Positions 25,952-35,063 of a stretch of DNA of 64,000 nucleotides are shown here, piece by piece (the first letter of the stretch is position 1; each line of letters starts with the position of its first letter). Source of the stretch: Minisyncoccia bacterium (GTDB lineage Bacteria > Patescibacteriota > Minisyncoccia > 2-02-FULL-40-12 > IGHO2-01-FULL-4-A); assembly GCA_050015375.1 (NCBI GenBank), contig JBEKBN010000002.1, positions 8,339-72,338 of the forward strand. The letters run 5' to 3'. The notes beneath the pieces are model-generated. The model was not told where the DNA came from and did not search any database. It saw only the letters and a program-made list of their open reading frames with translations. A program made the translations under genes and the position numbers.

Positions 25952-27409
25952 CTACTCATCCGGCAGTTTTTCTTTTGTCGTATGGGGTTTTTGTTGTTCG
26001 ATCCATTCTTTCACAAAAAGCGTCGCCCGGACATCGTCTTCGTTATATTTCAATATTTTGTCGAGGATCTTTTTGTCGCCGGTTTCCAGCCACTGGTCAT
26101 ACCAGACCACCGACTCGGCGCCGCCGGCATCCTCGGCCTGCCATTTGAAACCAAGATATTGAGCGATGTCTTTCAAGCTGTAAAAATACAAGGGCAAAAC
26201 CGCCGCCTCAATGGCCACTCGGTGAAGGTCAATTGTGTGGTCGCGGAATTTTTCCTGCAATTTCAGGGAAATTCCGTATTTGTTTGACAACCGGTCAAAA
26301 ACTTCCCTTTCATAAAACGAATAATGATAAATCACGAAATCCTCCAGCGATTCCAGATAATCAAGAAATTGATTCCAAATGTCTTGTTCTTTTTGATTAT
26401 CTTTTGCTAGGAAGTATTTGTACTCCGGTTTCGCGGCACTGGTCTTGACCAGTAGTCCCAGAAGATAATCAATCCCCCGCGTTGGATCGGATTCAATATC
26501 AAAATAGATCTCAGTTTTGACTTTGGGCAATTCGGTTTTCTTAAGAATTATCGGCTCGCCCGACATTAAAACATTCGCCTGATTATGAAAACGCAGAACT
26601 TTATCAAACGGCCAATCCTCGAACTTCACTCGAAAATCATTGAGCTCCATGTCGGCGAGTTCTTTGACCGTGTGGATTCCGGCTTCGTAGAGACGACGCT
26701 GGTCGGCTTGGGATAATTTGTAGATGAGCGAAACATCATTGCAACCCTCGGCTTCCTCGACGCACATGTTGTACCACGGCGAATGCTTGCAACCCGATTT
26801 CAGAAACGGCGACGGTTTCTCACCGTCAAGAATTCTCTCAATGGTTTCGCGGGTCAGGTTGAAATAATCCAGAAAGTCATCAATGATAAACGACCGTTCC
26901 TCGCCGTCGGTGTTGATAATATATGCTTCGCGCGGCAAAATCCCCTGAAGTCGTTCCAGAATCAAAGAATAGAAAACCAGCTGGAATTTGTACTCGTCGC
27001 GGATTTCTTTTGTGCTTTTGATGTCATAGACGACATAGTAGTGGTCGCCGAAATTGGAAGTCATGCCTTTTTCCACCGGTCGGGCTTCTAAAAGATCAGG
27101 CATACCGACCCAGTGCTGATCCATCAGCACGCCATGATAAATATTTTTGCCCTGCTTCATTAGCTCAACGGTGGTGAAAAAGGATTCATCCAGATCTTTG
27201 GTCAATTCGGGTGGGATTTCTTCAAAATAGCGCGATCTTAGAACTTCGCGCTCGTGGCGGAGGCCATGTTTGTATATCATATCCAAAAGCGGGGCGGGCT
27301 TGCCTTTTTTGGACGGGTCGCCATAAATGTCGTACCAGATCCAATGCGGACATTGGAAAAATCGGTAGAAATGTTCTCCGGTTAACTTATAGTTTTTAGC
27401 GGCAGGCAT
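25952..27409 (-). CDS. RecB-family nuclease, TM0106-like (PD-(D/E)xK N-terminal domain plus RNase-H-like C-terminal domain)
   Basis: The N-terminus has Cys-rich motifs (FFQCPHWIWY; ...SGCKHSPWYNMC). The C-terminus EIYFDIESDP...YHYSFYEREVF is typical of RNase-H-fold exonuclease domains in this family. Confidence 0.5.
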   Translation of the reverse strand: MPAAKNYKLTGEHFYRFFQCPHWIWYDIYGDPSKKGKPAPLLDMIYKHGLRHEREVLRSRYFEEIPPELTKDLDESFFTTVELMKQGKNIYHGVLMDQHWVGMPDLLEARPVEKGMTSNFGDHYYVVYDIKSTKEIRDEYKFQLVFYSLILERLQGILPREAYIINTDGEERSFIIDDFLDYFNLTRETIERILDGEKPSPFLKSGCKHSPWYNMCVEEAEGCNDVSLIYKLSQADQRRLYEAGIHTVKELADMELNDFRVKFEDWPFDKVLRFHNQANVLMSGEPIILKKTELPKVKTEIYFDIESDPTRGIDYLLGLLVKTSAAKPEYKYFLAKDNQKEQDIWNQFLDYLESLEDFVIYHYSFYEREVFDRLSNKYGISLKLQEKFRDHTIDLHRVAIEAAVLPLYFYSLKDIAQYLGFKWQAEDAGGAESVVWYDQWLETGDKKILDKILKYNEDDVRATLFVKEWIEQQKPHTTKEKLPDE

Positions 27410-27443
27410 GCTTAATTATGCCTTTTTGGAGGGGAAAAGTAAA

Positions 27444-28250
27444 TTAGTAGCCCGGGTTCATCGTTTTGGTTGGAGTGGGAGAGGCGGTCGGGCTTGCGCT
27501 GGCAGTCGGACTCGCCGAAGTTGATACGGACGGGCTGGGAGACGGGATAACGACAGTTATTTTGGTGATAACATCGCCCTGTTTTATCAATTTGACGACG
27601 TTCATGCCCTTGACGACCTTGCCGAAGACGGTGTGCTTGCCATTCAACTGGGGTTGGTCTTTGGTGGTGACAATGAAAAATTGGCTGCCGTTGGTGTTCG
27701 GGCCGGAATTTGCCATGGCGATGACGCCGACCTTCACCGGCATTGAAACCAAAGTGAAATCATAGGTATAGCCCTGGGCTTCAAGAGCCGAGATTTCATC
27801 ATCGGTCAGGCCTTGGGCTTTCGGATTGATCTCATCGGCAAACGAATAACCGGGACCGCCGGTGCCGACATTGGGATCGTTGGTTTTCGATAGCGGGTCG
27901 CCGCCTTGGATAACGAAATCGGCAACCACCCGGTGGAATTTCGTGCTGTCATAAAATCCTTTTTGGACCAAGGTGACGAAATTACCGACGGTCTGCGGAG
28001 CGATCTGAGGATACAACTCAAGAACAATATTACCCCTGGCGGTCACTATTGTTGCCGAAACTGTTGAGACATAGCTAGGAAGTAACGAAAATGGTAGCGA
28101 CGGGGTCGGCGTTGGCGTTGGCACCGGTGTTTCGGTCGCTGTCGGACTCGGGCTCACGGCAACTTGAACCGGTTTAGACGCACTTTTATAAATGAAATAT
28201 CCGCCGACCAGAACCACCAACACGATGAATATCACTAAAATTATTTTCAT
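27444..28250 (-). CDS. Peptidyl-prolyl cis-trans isomerase, cyclophilin type, membrane-anchored with Pro/Thr-rich linkers
   Basis: FHRVVADFVIQGGDP...GTGGPGYSFADE is the cyclophilin signature. There is an N-terminal TM. Confidence 0.85.
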   Translation of the reverse strand: MKIILVIFIVLVVLVGGYFIYKSASKPVQVAVSPSPTATETPVPTPTPTPSLPFSLLPSYVSTVSATIVTARGNIVLELYPQIAPQTVGNFVTLVQKGFYDSTKFHRVVADFVIQGGDPLSKTNDPNVGTGGPGYSFADEINPKAQGLTDDEISALEAQGYTYDFTLVSMPVKVGVIAMANSGPNTNGSQFFIVTTKDQPQLNGKHTVFGKVVKGMNVVKLIKQGDVITKITVVIPSPSPSVSTSASPTASASPTASPTPTKTMNPGY

Positions 28251-28398
28251 TTTTCTTTTAATTCCGTCTTCGGTAGCTTTTGTTGTTCAACCAAAGCTAT
28301 TTTGGACGGGATTTGTTCGCCTCCAATCTAACAAACAAATTTTTTATTGTGAACTTGCGAAGTTTTTTAAATTGTGTTTTCGCTGAAACCCCAGTTTC

Positions 28399-28806
28399 TC
28401 AGGCAATAGTTCCCGACTCGAGTTCGGCCAAAATATCGTCCGGAATCGGAATTTTTTTGCCAATAGGACTTTCGCCAGGATACCGCCAAGCAGAGATGAT
28501 GCGCTTCTTATTTGAATCAATTTGAAAATTGAGGTTTTGAATTTCGGATTTGTCGGTCGGCCTTTGGCCGACCGATTGATACATCACCCAAATTTCCTCA
28601 ACCTTTTTTCCTTCTTTGCCTTTGGCTCGCGAGATGGATTTTCGGCTTTGCATCACCGCGACTGTTTTTGGCGCCACGCCTTCTTCCACCCGATTCGGAA
28701 ATCTGACCACTCGTTTCACCAAACTCGGCGACAAACGATAATACATCATCTTCTCTTTAACATGATTCGTCCACTGATATTTCGAATCGTCTTTTATTTC
28801 AAACAT
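28399..28806 (-). CDS. Hypothetical protein (last gene of the ASCH-Nudix-HD operon)
   Basis: I took the start at MFEIKDDSKYQWTNH... (ATG 28806-28804), one nt after the HD gene stop. The upstream extension in the ORF track would overlap the HD gene. Confidence 0.5.
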   Translation of the reverse strand: MFEIKDDSKYQWTNHVKEKMMYYRLSPSLVKRVVRFPNRVEEGVAPKTVAVMQSRKSISRAKGKEGKKVEEIWVMYQSVGQRPTDKSEIQNLNFQIDSNKKRIISAWRYPGESPIGKKIPIPDDILAELESGTIA

Positions 28807-28807
28807 A

Positions 28808-29353
28808 TTATAACCCAAGTTCATTGGAAATATTCTGCATCGCGTGAAGACCGATTTCGCAGAATTTTTCCAGATCAATATCAAGGAGTTCCTTGCACTT
28901 GCCGATGATTTCGCGTTTGGCACCTTTGGCAAATGATTTTTCGTGAAAACGGTTGACAATATTTTTTGGTTCAAGAAGCGCAAGTTTTTTTGACGGTAAA
29001 ACCAGCGCCGCCGCGGTAATCAATCCGCTCAATGGATCGGTCACAAACAACGCTTTCTCTATCAATGTCACCGGCGCGATGCCATGACTTTCATTGTGGA
29101 CCTTCACCGCTTGGCAAATGTCGGCCGGGTAGCCGTTTTGAGCAAGCAATTCCGCGCCAACCAGCGAGTGCTTTTCCGGCTCCGGTTTTGTAATGTCAAC
29201 ATCAATATCGTGCAAAAGTCCAGCCGTCCCCCATTTTTCTTTGTTCTCTCCGAACTCAACCGCCAGCGATTCCATTATCGCCTTTACCGCCAGGCAGTGC
29301 TTAATCAGATTCTGATTCTGCAAATGTTTTTTGAGAAATTCCAGATCGTTCAT
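28808..29353 (-). CDS. HD-domain phosphohydrolase
   Basis: H..AVKAI...W..AGLLHDID carries the HD motif. Confidence 0.7.
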   Translation of the reverse strand: MNDLEFLKKHLQNQNLIKHCLAVKAIMESLAVEFGENKEKWGTAGLLHDIDVDITKPEPEKHSLVGAELLAQNGYPADICQAVKVHNESHGIAPVTLIEKALFVTDPLSGLITAAALVLPSKKLALLEPKNIVNRFHEKSFAKGAKREIIGKCKELLDIDLEKFCEIGLHAMQNISNELGL

Positions 29354-29356
29354 TTT

Positions 29357-29794
29357 TTATTTTTCTATCTTAATATATTTCTCGCCAGTTTTGTAGGCCC
29401 GAAAAGATAATTTGCAAAATTCGAATAATGGCTCGGGTAATTTATCCAAATCATACCATTTCCAATCCTCGGAAACTTTGTTTGGTTCCATTATTTTCGG
29501 TTCTCCGCTTTTCCATTCCGCAGTAAGTCCGATGTGAATATAATGTTTAGGCGCGTATTTCGTGACGTTCGTCACATACTGAAAATTAATGTTTTTTATC
29601 TCAATCCCGCATTCCTCTCTGACTTCACGGATCGCGCAATCCTCGAACGATTCCATATATTCCAAATGTCCGCCCGGAAAAGAATACTCGCCTTCCCCGT
29701 GCGACCCATGCCGCTTCGTTAAAAGCACTTTTCCGTTTTTCATTATCATCACCCCGACCCCGACTCTAGGTTTTTGCTCGCTATTATTTTTCAT
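29357..29794 (-). CDS. NUDIX hydrolase
   Basis: The Nudix box is GGHLEYMESFEDCAIREVREECGI. Confidence 0.8.
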   Translation of the reverse strand: MKNNSEQKPRVGVGVMIMKNGKVLLTKRHGSHGEGEYSFPGGHLEYMESFEDCAIREVREECGIEIKNINFQYVTNVTKYAPKHYIHIGLTAEWKSGEPKIMEPNKVSEDWKWYDLDKLPEPLFEFCKLSFRAYKTGEKYIKIEK

Positions 29795-30150
29795 TTTAAT
29801 TCCATAACGACTAAACCATGTTTTTTAATTTTTTCTTGGTAATCCTGAAATGAGTAATACATATCACGAAGCTGGTCTTCGGTTTTACATCGCGGATTGA
29901 TTTCAGCCGGTTTGTATTTCTTTACCAGTGCTCTGATCGTTTTGAATTTTTCGACTTTTTTTATTTCTTTTTCAAATTTATCACTTCCGCACGAAAAAAC
30001 AACTTTAGTTCCAACGCTGATGTCCGAATATCTTTCGGTCCCAGCCCGGGTCTCGACTTTTTTCTTCCCCGACCTTATCGCCTCGAAAATGTCCCGGTCC
30101 GTCTCCCGAAGTTTTAAAATTATAATTTTATTCATCGACATTTTACGCAA
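29791..30150 (-). CDS. ASCH-domain protein
   Basis: The ~115-aa ORF begins ...IIILKLRETDRDIFEAIRSGKKKVETR, resembling ASCH/PUA-like beta-barrel openings. It overlaps the Nudix gene start by 4 nt. Confidence 0.5.
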   Translation of the reverse strand: MRKMSMNKIIILKLRETDRDIFEAIRSGKKKVETRAGTERYSDISVGTKVVFSCGSDKFEKEIKKVEKFKTIRALVKKYKPAEINPRCKTEDQLRDMYYSFQDYQEKIKKHGLVVMELK

Positions 30151-30263
30151 TTACCCGGCTTATTATTCCCACTTAATATTTAAAGACTAGGAGGTATGCT
30201 ATTGACTGCCAATATTAATCATACTAACATCTTTTTAGCAACATTTTTACAACGGGAGAATGT

Positions 30264-30519
30264 TATGTCCACAGTAAAAAGTGAGGTGGAATCGAAAGAT
30301 CCACAGAATCTTGTAAAACGGTTACATCCTGAAGCGTTTTCATACGACGACGGTGAAAAGGTCTTTATTTTGGATCAAACAATTGTCACGGAAAAATGTC
30401 CCACTTGCGGCCAAGATTGGACACACAAGATTGACAGCATAAACGGAAAAGTACTTGGTTCCGGCGGTGATAGTTCACAGGCGTGGAAATCTGCCGCTCA
30501 AAATCTTGGATTAGTTTAA
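30264..30519 (+). CDS. Hypothetical small protein with a CxxC pair
   Basis: Starts at MSTVKSEVESK (SD ggaga). It contains ...EKCPTCGQDW. A terminator-like hairpin lies at 30541-30575. Confidence 0.45.
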
Positions 30520-30602
30520 TCGTTCCTTTGTTGTTTCCTTGTTGATTACAAAGTCCGCTCGACGGGCTTTTTTATTTAACTTCCCATGGCACTTTTTGAA
30601 TT

Positions 30603-31010
30603 TTATATAACGTTTTGCAAAAACTCTTTTAATTTTGGCACTATAACCCTCTGGCCAAAACCTAATTGTAAATTTTCTATTTTGTCTATTTCCATCCACT
30701 TCATATCTGCGCCTTCATTTAGCACAGGGTTTTGGTCCTGATATAATTTACATATATATACCTTGGCGCTAACATCATATGGTAAATCATAAACCATTAA
30801 TTCGACGCAGTCGGTTATTTTGATTTCTAAATTATATTCTTCTTTCGCCTCACGAATAACAGTTGCCAGCGAATCCTCGTCGGGCTCTATTGTGCCGCCA
30901 GGAAAACACCACATGTTAGCGTATCTTTTTGAATTTAAATCTCGGAGTTGCATCAATGCTTTCCCAGATGAATTTAGAATAATGAACGTCACTCCGGTTA
31001 TTCTATTCAT
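30603..31010 (-). CDS. NUDIX hydrolase (second)
   Basis: The Nudix box is GGTIEPDEDSLATVIREAKEEYNLEI. Confidence 0.75.
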   Translation of the reverse strand: MNRITGVTFIILNSSGKALMQLRDLNSKRYANMWCFPGGTIEPDEDSLATVIREAKEEYNLEIKITDCVELMVYDLPYDVSAKVYICKLYQDQNPVLNEGADMKWMEIDKIENLQLGFGQRVIVPKLKEFLQNVI

Positions 31011-31041
31011 ATTTTATTTCCCACGGCATTTTTTGTATTAT

Positions 31042-31719
31042 TTACTCTTTTTCAATTTCTTCTAAAATGATATCGCGAACGTGTTTGTTAAATAAAATTT
31101 TGTGGTGGCCGTAAACATTAACTTGAATATTTTTTGCCCCTTCCAGTCGGCAATTTCCTGTCGGCCAAATATGATTATCGAATTCCCCAAAAATAGAAAC
31201 TATTTTATGGTTCACCTCGCTTTGGGAATGTAATTTTTTTATTATCTCGCCTTCCGGATGAAGTTCCTTAAACGCTTTGCCCGGTAGAAACCTTACCGCA
31301 TGACTTCCCAGAAACGGCGTTGCAATAGCAATCACTTTCGTCACCCGTCCGTCCTGGTTGTCATAAGCAAGTAAGTGTTTAGCAATTAAGCCGCCCTTGC
31401 TGTGGGCAATTATGATCACATTTCGCAGATTTTTTTCGTCAATTAACTCGCGTATCAATTTTGCAGAACGATCGATTGCTTTCGTGTTATAACCAAGACG
31501 CCCTACCACATAAACCGGATGACCCTTCAAAGAAATCGGATCAGCAATTGCTTTTAAAAACTGCCATTTTGAATATAAGCCCGGAATAAGAATTACTGGC
31601 GATTTATTCTCTAAAACATAGCTAAGGTAATGCTTGGGCGGTTTATGGAACATAAAAGTATAGCCCTTTGCTAAATAAAAGTAATCGTGTACCCAACTTG
31701 CAGTTTTTTTAATAGACAT
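31042..31719 (-). CDS. Alpha/beta-fold hydrolase (esterase/lipase-like)
   Basis: GxSxG reads AHSKGG. I took the start at MSIKK (31719), just after the secA stop. Confidence 0.6.
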   Translation of the reverse strand: MSIKKTASWVHDYFYLAKGYTFMFHKPPKHYLSYVLENKSPVILIPGLYSKWQFLKAIADPISLKGHPVYVVGRLGYNTKAIDRSAKLIRELIDEKNLRNVIIIAHSKGGLIAKHLLAYDNQDGRVTKVIAIATPFLGSHAVRFLPGKAFKELHPEGEIIKKLHSQSEVNHKIVSIFGEFDNHIWPTGNCRLEGAKNIQVNVYGHHKILFNKHVRDIILEEIEKE

Positions 31720-31724
31720 GGATT

Positions 31725-34535
31725 TTATTTCCTGTGATACGGGGCATTTATCAACCCGCATTTTTTCCATTTGCGGCCGGAACCGCAGGGACAGGGGTCA
31801 TTGCGGCCGGGTTCTTTTTGACCACTTGATATTACGGTTTGATTCTGGTTTTGATTTGCGCGATTCATAACTCCCGATTCTTGATTCGCAATATCCGGTT
31901 TTCTTTCGTCCATAGCAACTTTTCGAACCGGTTGCTGAACGGGACCGATTTTGTAAATAATATTTGCCACTTGATTTCCGATGGCCGATTGGAGTTCGTT
32001 GAATAATTTTTGGCCTTCGATCTTGTATTCGACAAGCGGGTCGCGCTGGCCGTAAGCCCGCAAACGCACCGAGTCGCGAAGATATTCCATTTGTTCAAGA
32101 TGGTCCACCCAAATCTCGTCAATCACCCGCAACATCAGCATCCGCTCAAGATTCCGCATGCCTTCCTCGCCAAGTTGTTTTTCCTTTTCGGCATAAGTCA
32201 AATCGGCGATCTGGGTCAAAAACTCGCGAATTTTTTCCCGGTCATCGGTTTTCGCGACTTCAATTATTTTCCCCATACCGCCATCATCAACCGGAATCAT
32301 CATTTTGAAATCTTCAGCGATTTCTTTGGCATGGTTCCTTTCATCAATTCCTTCGGAAGGCAAATCGAAATGGGAGTTAACGATCTTATCAATATTATCA
32401 TCAATATAGCCAACAATTTTTTCTTTAACATCTTTTGATCCAAGAATTTCATTTCTCAAACCGTAAATCGCCGTCCGATGCTTATTCATGACATCATCGT
32501 ACTCAAGAACGTATTTTCTGATGTCAAAATTATTGCCTTCGACTTTGGTCTGGGCTTGTTCAATGGCGCGGGAGATGAGCCGGTTTTCAATGGCATCGTC
32601 TTCGCCGACGCCAAGGCGTTCCATCAGATTTTTCAAGCGGTCACCGCCAAAAATCCTGATAAGTTCGTCCTCCGCCGAAACGAAAAATTGCGAACTGCCC
32701 GGATCGCCTTGACGGCCGGAACGGCCGCGAAGTTGGTTGTCTATCCGGCGAGCTTCGTGGCGTTCGGTGCCGATGACATGCAAACCGCCCGTCTCGATAA
32801 CTTTTTTCGCTTCGTCCGCCGAAGGCGGATTGCCGCCGAGAATTATATCCACACCCCGGCCGGCCATATTCGTCGCCACGGTCACAGCGCCAACATGACC
32901 CGCTTGGGCGATTATTTCGCCTTCCTGCTCATGGTTTTTGGCATTGAGCACTTTGTGTGGCACGCCTTCATTATTCAAATATGCCGACAAGATCTCATTT
33001 TTGGAAATTGACGTTGTTCCGACAAGTACCGGTTGGCCGCTGTCGTGGCGCTCTTTGACTTCGCGGGCGACGGCTTTCATTTTTCCTTCTTCGGTTTTGT
33101 AGATGCGATCGGCCTCGTCGGCGCGGATCATCGGTTTGTTGGTCGGCACTGAAATCACTTCCAGTTTGTAGACCTTGTGGAATTCCTCGGCCGATGTCTG
33201 GGCGGTACCGGTCATGCCGGCCAATTTGCCGTAAAGACGGAAATAGTTTTGGAAAGTGATCGTCGCCAGCGTTTTTGATTCCTTTTGGACCAAAACATTT
33301 TCTTTGGCTTCGACGGCCTGGTGCAAACCGCCCGACCAGCGTCGTCCGGGCATAAGCCGGCCGGTGAATTCATCAACAATGATAACTTCGCCATTTTTGA
33401 CGACATAATCCTTGTCACGATGGAACAAGATATTGGCTTTGAGCGCTTGCTCCAGCTGGTGGACATAACGCGTCCCGCCTTCTTCATAAATATTTTTAAC
33501 ATTGAGCATTCTTTCGACTTTCTCAATGCCTTTTTCGGTGATGGAAACGGCTTTCAATTTTTCATCAACGGTGTAATCTTCTTCCTTCGTTAGCCGGGGC
33601 GTGATCTTAGAAAATGTCTCGTAAAGCTGGGTTGATTCCATATCCGGAGCCGAAATTATCAAAGGCGTCCGGGCTTCATCGATCAAAATGGAGTCAATTT
33701 CGTCAACGATGGCAAAATTATGTCCTTTGGCTTGCGACTTTTCCAGTGAATTGTAGGCCATGTTATCGCGAAGATAATCAAAACCGTATTCGTTGTTGGT
33801 GCCATAAGTTATATCCGCCAAATACGCTTCACGCCGTGTCACCGGCCGCAAAAACTCATGAATGACGCGAAACCCACCAGTGATGTCTCTCGTTTTATCA
33901 AGTGCGTCTTCCTTCTCGCCAGTTTTTGAATTATGAATCACGAATTCTGAATTATGATCTTTTTCTTCTTGATTCATGATTCCTGATTCATGATTCCTTC
34001 CATGACTTGGGTCGTATAAATACGACGCCTCATGATTCAAAACACCTATGGTCAGTCCGAGCGCGTCATATATCTGCCCCATCCAAACCGCGTCTCTGCG
34101 GGAAAGATAATCGTTGACCGTGACCAGGTGGACGCCAAGGCCTGTGAGCGCGTTCAAATATGCCGGAAGGGTAGCGACAAGGGTTTTGCCTTCTCCGGTT
34201 TTCATTTCAGAAATATTTCCGGCGTGCAAAACCATTCCGCCGATAAGTTGGACGTCAAAGTGCCGCTGACCGAGAGTCCGTTTTGACGCTTCCCTCACTG
34301 CCGCAAAGGCCTCGGGTAAAATATCATCCAATGTTTCACCCCCACCACTCATGTTTGAGTGTGGGGGTGAACCGTCAGATAATCTTTTTTTAAATTCGTC
34401 AGTTTTATTTTTTAATTCCTCGCGTGAAAAAAGCTCGAACTTGGGTTCGAGTTCATTGATAGCCGCCACTTGGTCTTCCAGTTGCCTCACGGCGCGTAAA
34501 TTCGCGTCGCCGAATATTTTTGAAATAAAAGACAT
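31725..34535 (-). CDS. secA: Preprotein translocase ATPase SecA
   Basis: The DEAD-motor motifs are present. The C-terminal zinc finger is CPCGSGRKWKKC. There are two lineage-specific insertions: SPPHSNMSGGG at codons 56-66, and a low-complexity HESGIMNQEEKDHNSEFVIHNS block. Confidence 0.95.
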   Translation of the reverse strand: MSFISKIFGDANLRAVRQLEDQVAAINELEPKFELFSREELKNKTDEFKKRLSDGSPPHSNMSGGGETLDDILPEAFAAVREASKRTLGQRHFDVQLIGGMVLHAGNISEMKTGEGKTLVATLPAYLNALTGLGVHLVTVNDYLSRRDAVWMGQIYDALGLTIGVLNHEASYLYDPSHGRNHESGIMNQEEKDHNSEFVIHNSKTGEKEDALDKTRDITGGFRVIHEFLRPVTRREAYLADITYGTNNEYGFDYLRDNMAYNSLEKSQAKGHNFAIVDEIDSILIDEARTPLIISAPDMESTQLYETFSKITPRLTKEEDYTVDEKLKAVSITEKGIEKVERMLNVKNIYEEGGTRYVHQLEQALKANILFHRDKDYVVKNGEVIIVDEFTGRLMPGRRWSGGLHQAVEAKENVLVQKESKTLATITFQNYFRLYGKLAGMTGTAQTSAEEFHKVYKLEVISVPTNKPMIRADEADRIYKTEEGKMKAVAREVKERHDSGQPVLVGTTSISKNEILSAYLNNEGVPHKVLNAKNHEQEGEIIAQAGHVGAVTVATNMAGRGVDIILGGNPPSADEAKKVIETGGLHVIGTERHEARRIDNQLRGRSGRQGDPGSSQFFVSAEDELIRIFGGDRLKNLMERLGVGEDDAIENRLISRAIEQAQTKVEGNNFDIRKYVLEYDDVMNKHRTAIYGLRNEILGSKDVKEKIVGYIDDNIDKIVNSHFDLPSEGIDERNHAKEIAEDFKMMIPVDDGGMGKIIEVAKTDDREKIREFLTQIADLTYAEKEKQLGEEGMRNLERMLMLRVIDEIWVDHLEQMEYLRDSVRLRAYGQRDPLVEYKIEGQKLFNELQSAIGNQVANIIYKIGPVQQPVRKVAMDERKPDIANQESGVMNRANQNQNQTVISSGQKEPGRNDPCPCGSGRKWKKCGLINAPYHRK
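34337..34369. repeat. Palindromic mini-element copy (b), in-frame inside secA
   Basis: The arms are cacccccaccactca and tgagtgtgggggtg. The element encodes SPPHSNMSGGG, an insertion relative to canonical SecA between RLxxG and xLxxxLPEAFA. Confidence 0.7.
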
Positions 34536-34539
34536 CTAT

Positions 34540-34902
34540 TTAACTTCTCCTTTCTTTTTCAGACCTTTTTTCTTTGAACTTTTTTATTTGTCTTTCGATC
34601 TCGTCGCGAACACGGTCAATGGCAACATGCGGATCGTTGTGTTCATAAGTTGCCCGCATCAAATTTTTTCCCATTTTCAAATTCACCTCAGCGTAGAAAA
34701 CATCACCCTCGTGATGATGCCGCGACGGCCGGCTGACCTCGACCCGAGCTTCGATGAGATCTTTATTCGGCTTGCCCTCACACTCAAGATTTGAGTGTGA
34801 GGGTGAACTCAAAAACTTTGCGATCGACCCAATCTTCTCATCAACATAATCCCTTATCGCCGGCGTCAACTCTAAATTCTTCGCGTGAAGTATGATTTTC
34901 AT
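34540..34902 (-). CDS. hpf: Ribosome hibernation promoting factor / RaiA family
   Basis: MKIILHAKNLELTPAIRDYVDEKI... is an S30AE-family opening. The insertion SSPSHSNLECEG is encoded by the palindromic element. Confidence 0.8.
   Translation of the reverse strand: MKIILHAKNLELTPAIRDYVDEKIGSIAKFLSSPSHSNLECEGKPNKDLIEARVEVSRPSRHHHEGDVFYAEVNLKMGKNLMRATYEHNDPHVAIDRVRDEIERQIKKFKEKRSEKERRS
34775..34803. repeat. Palindromic mini-element copy (c), in-frame inside hpf
   Basis: A perfect 13-bp inverted repeat, ccctcacactcaa / ttgagtgtgaggg, encodes PSHSNLECEG. Confidence 0.7.
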
Positions 34903-35063
34903 AAGGTTATTTTAGCATAATATTTAGCGAGTGCCAACCTCTAGAAATTACATGACTTGACTATACATCATCCCCGTGGTATCTTGCAATCAGCACCTAA
35001 ACAACCTACAACCCGCTTATCCATCGTGGAATGACGGGAAGAGAAGTGAGAAGGAGTTACGAA

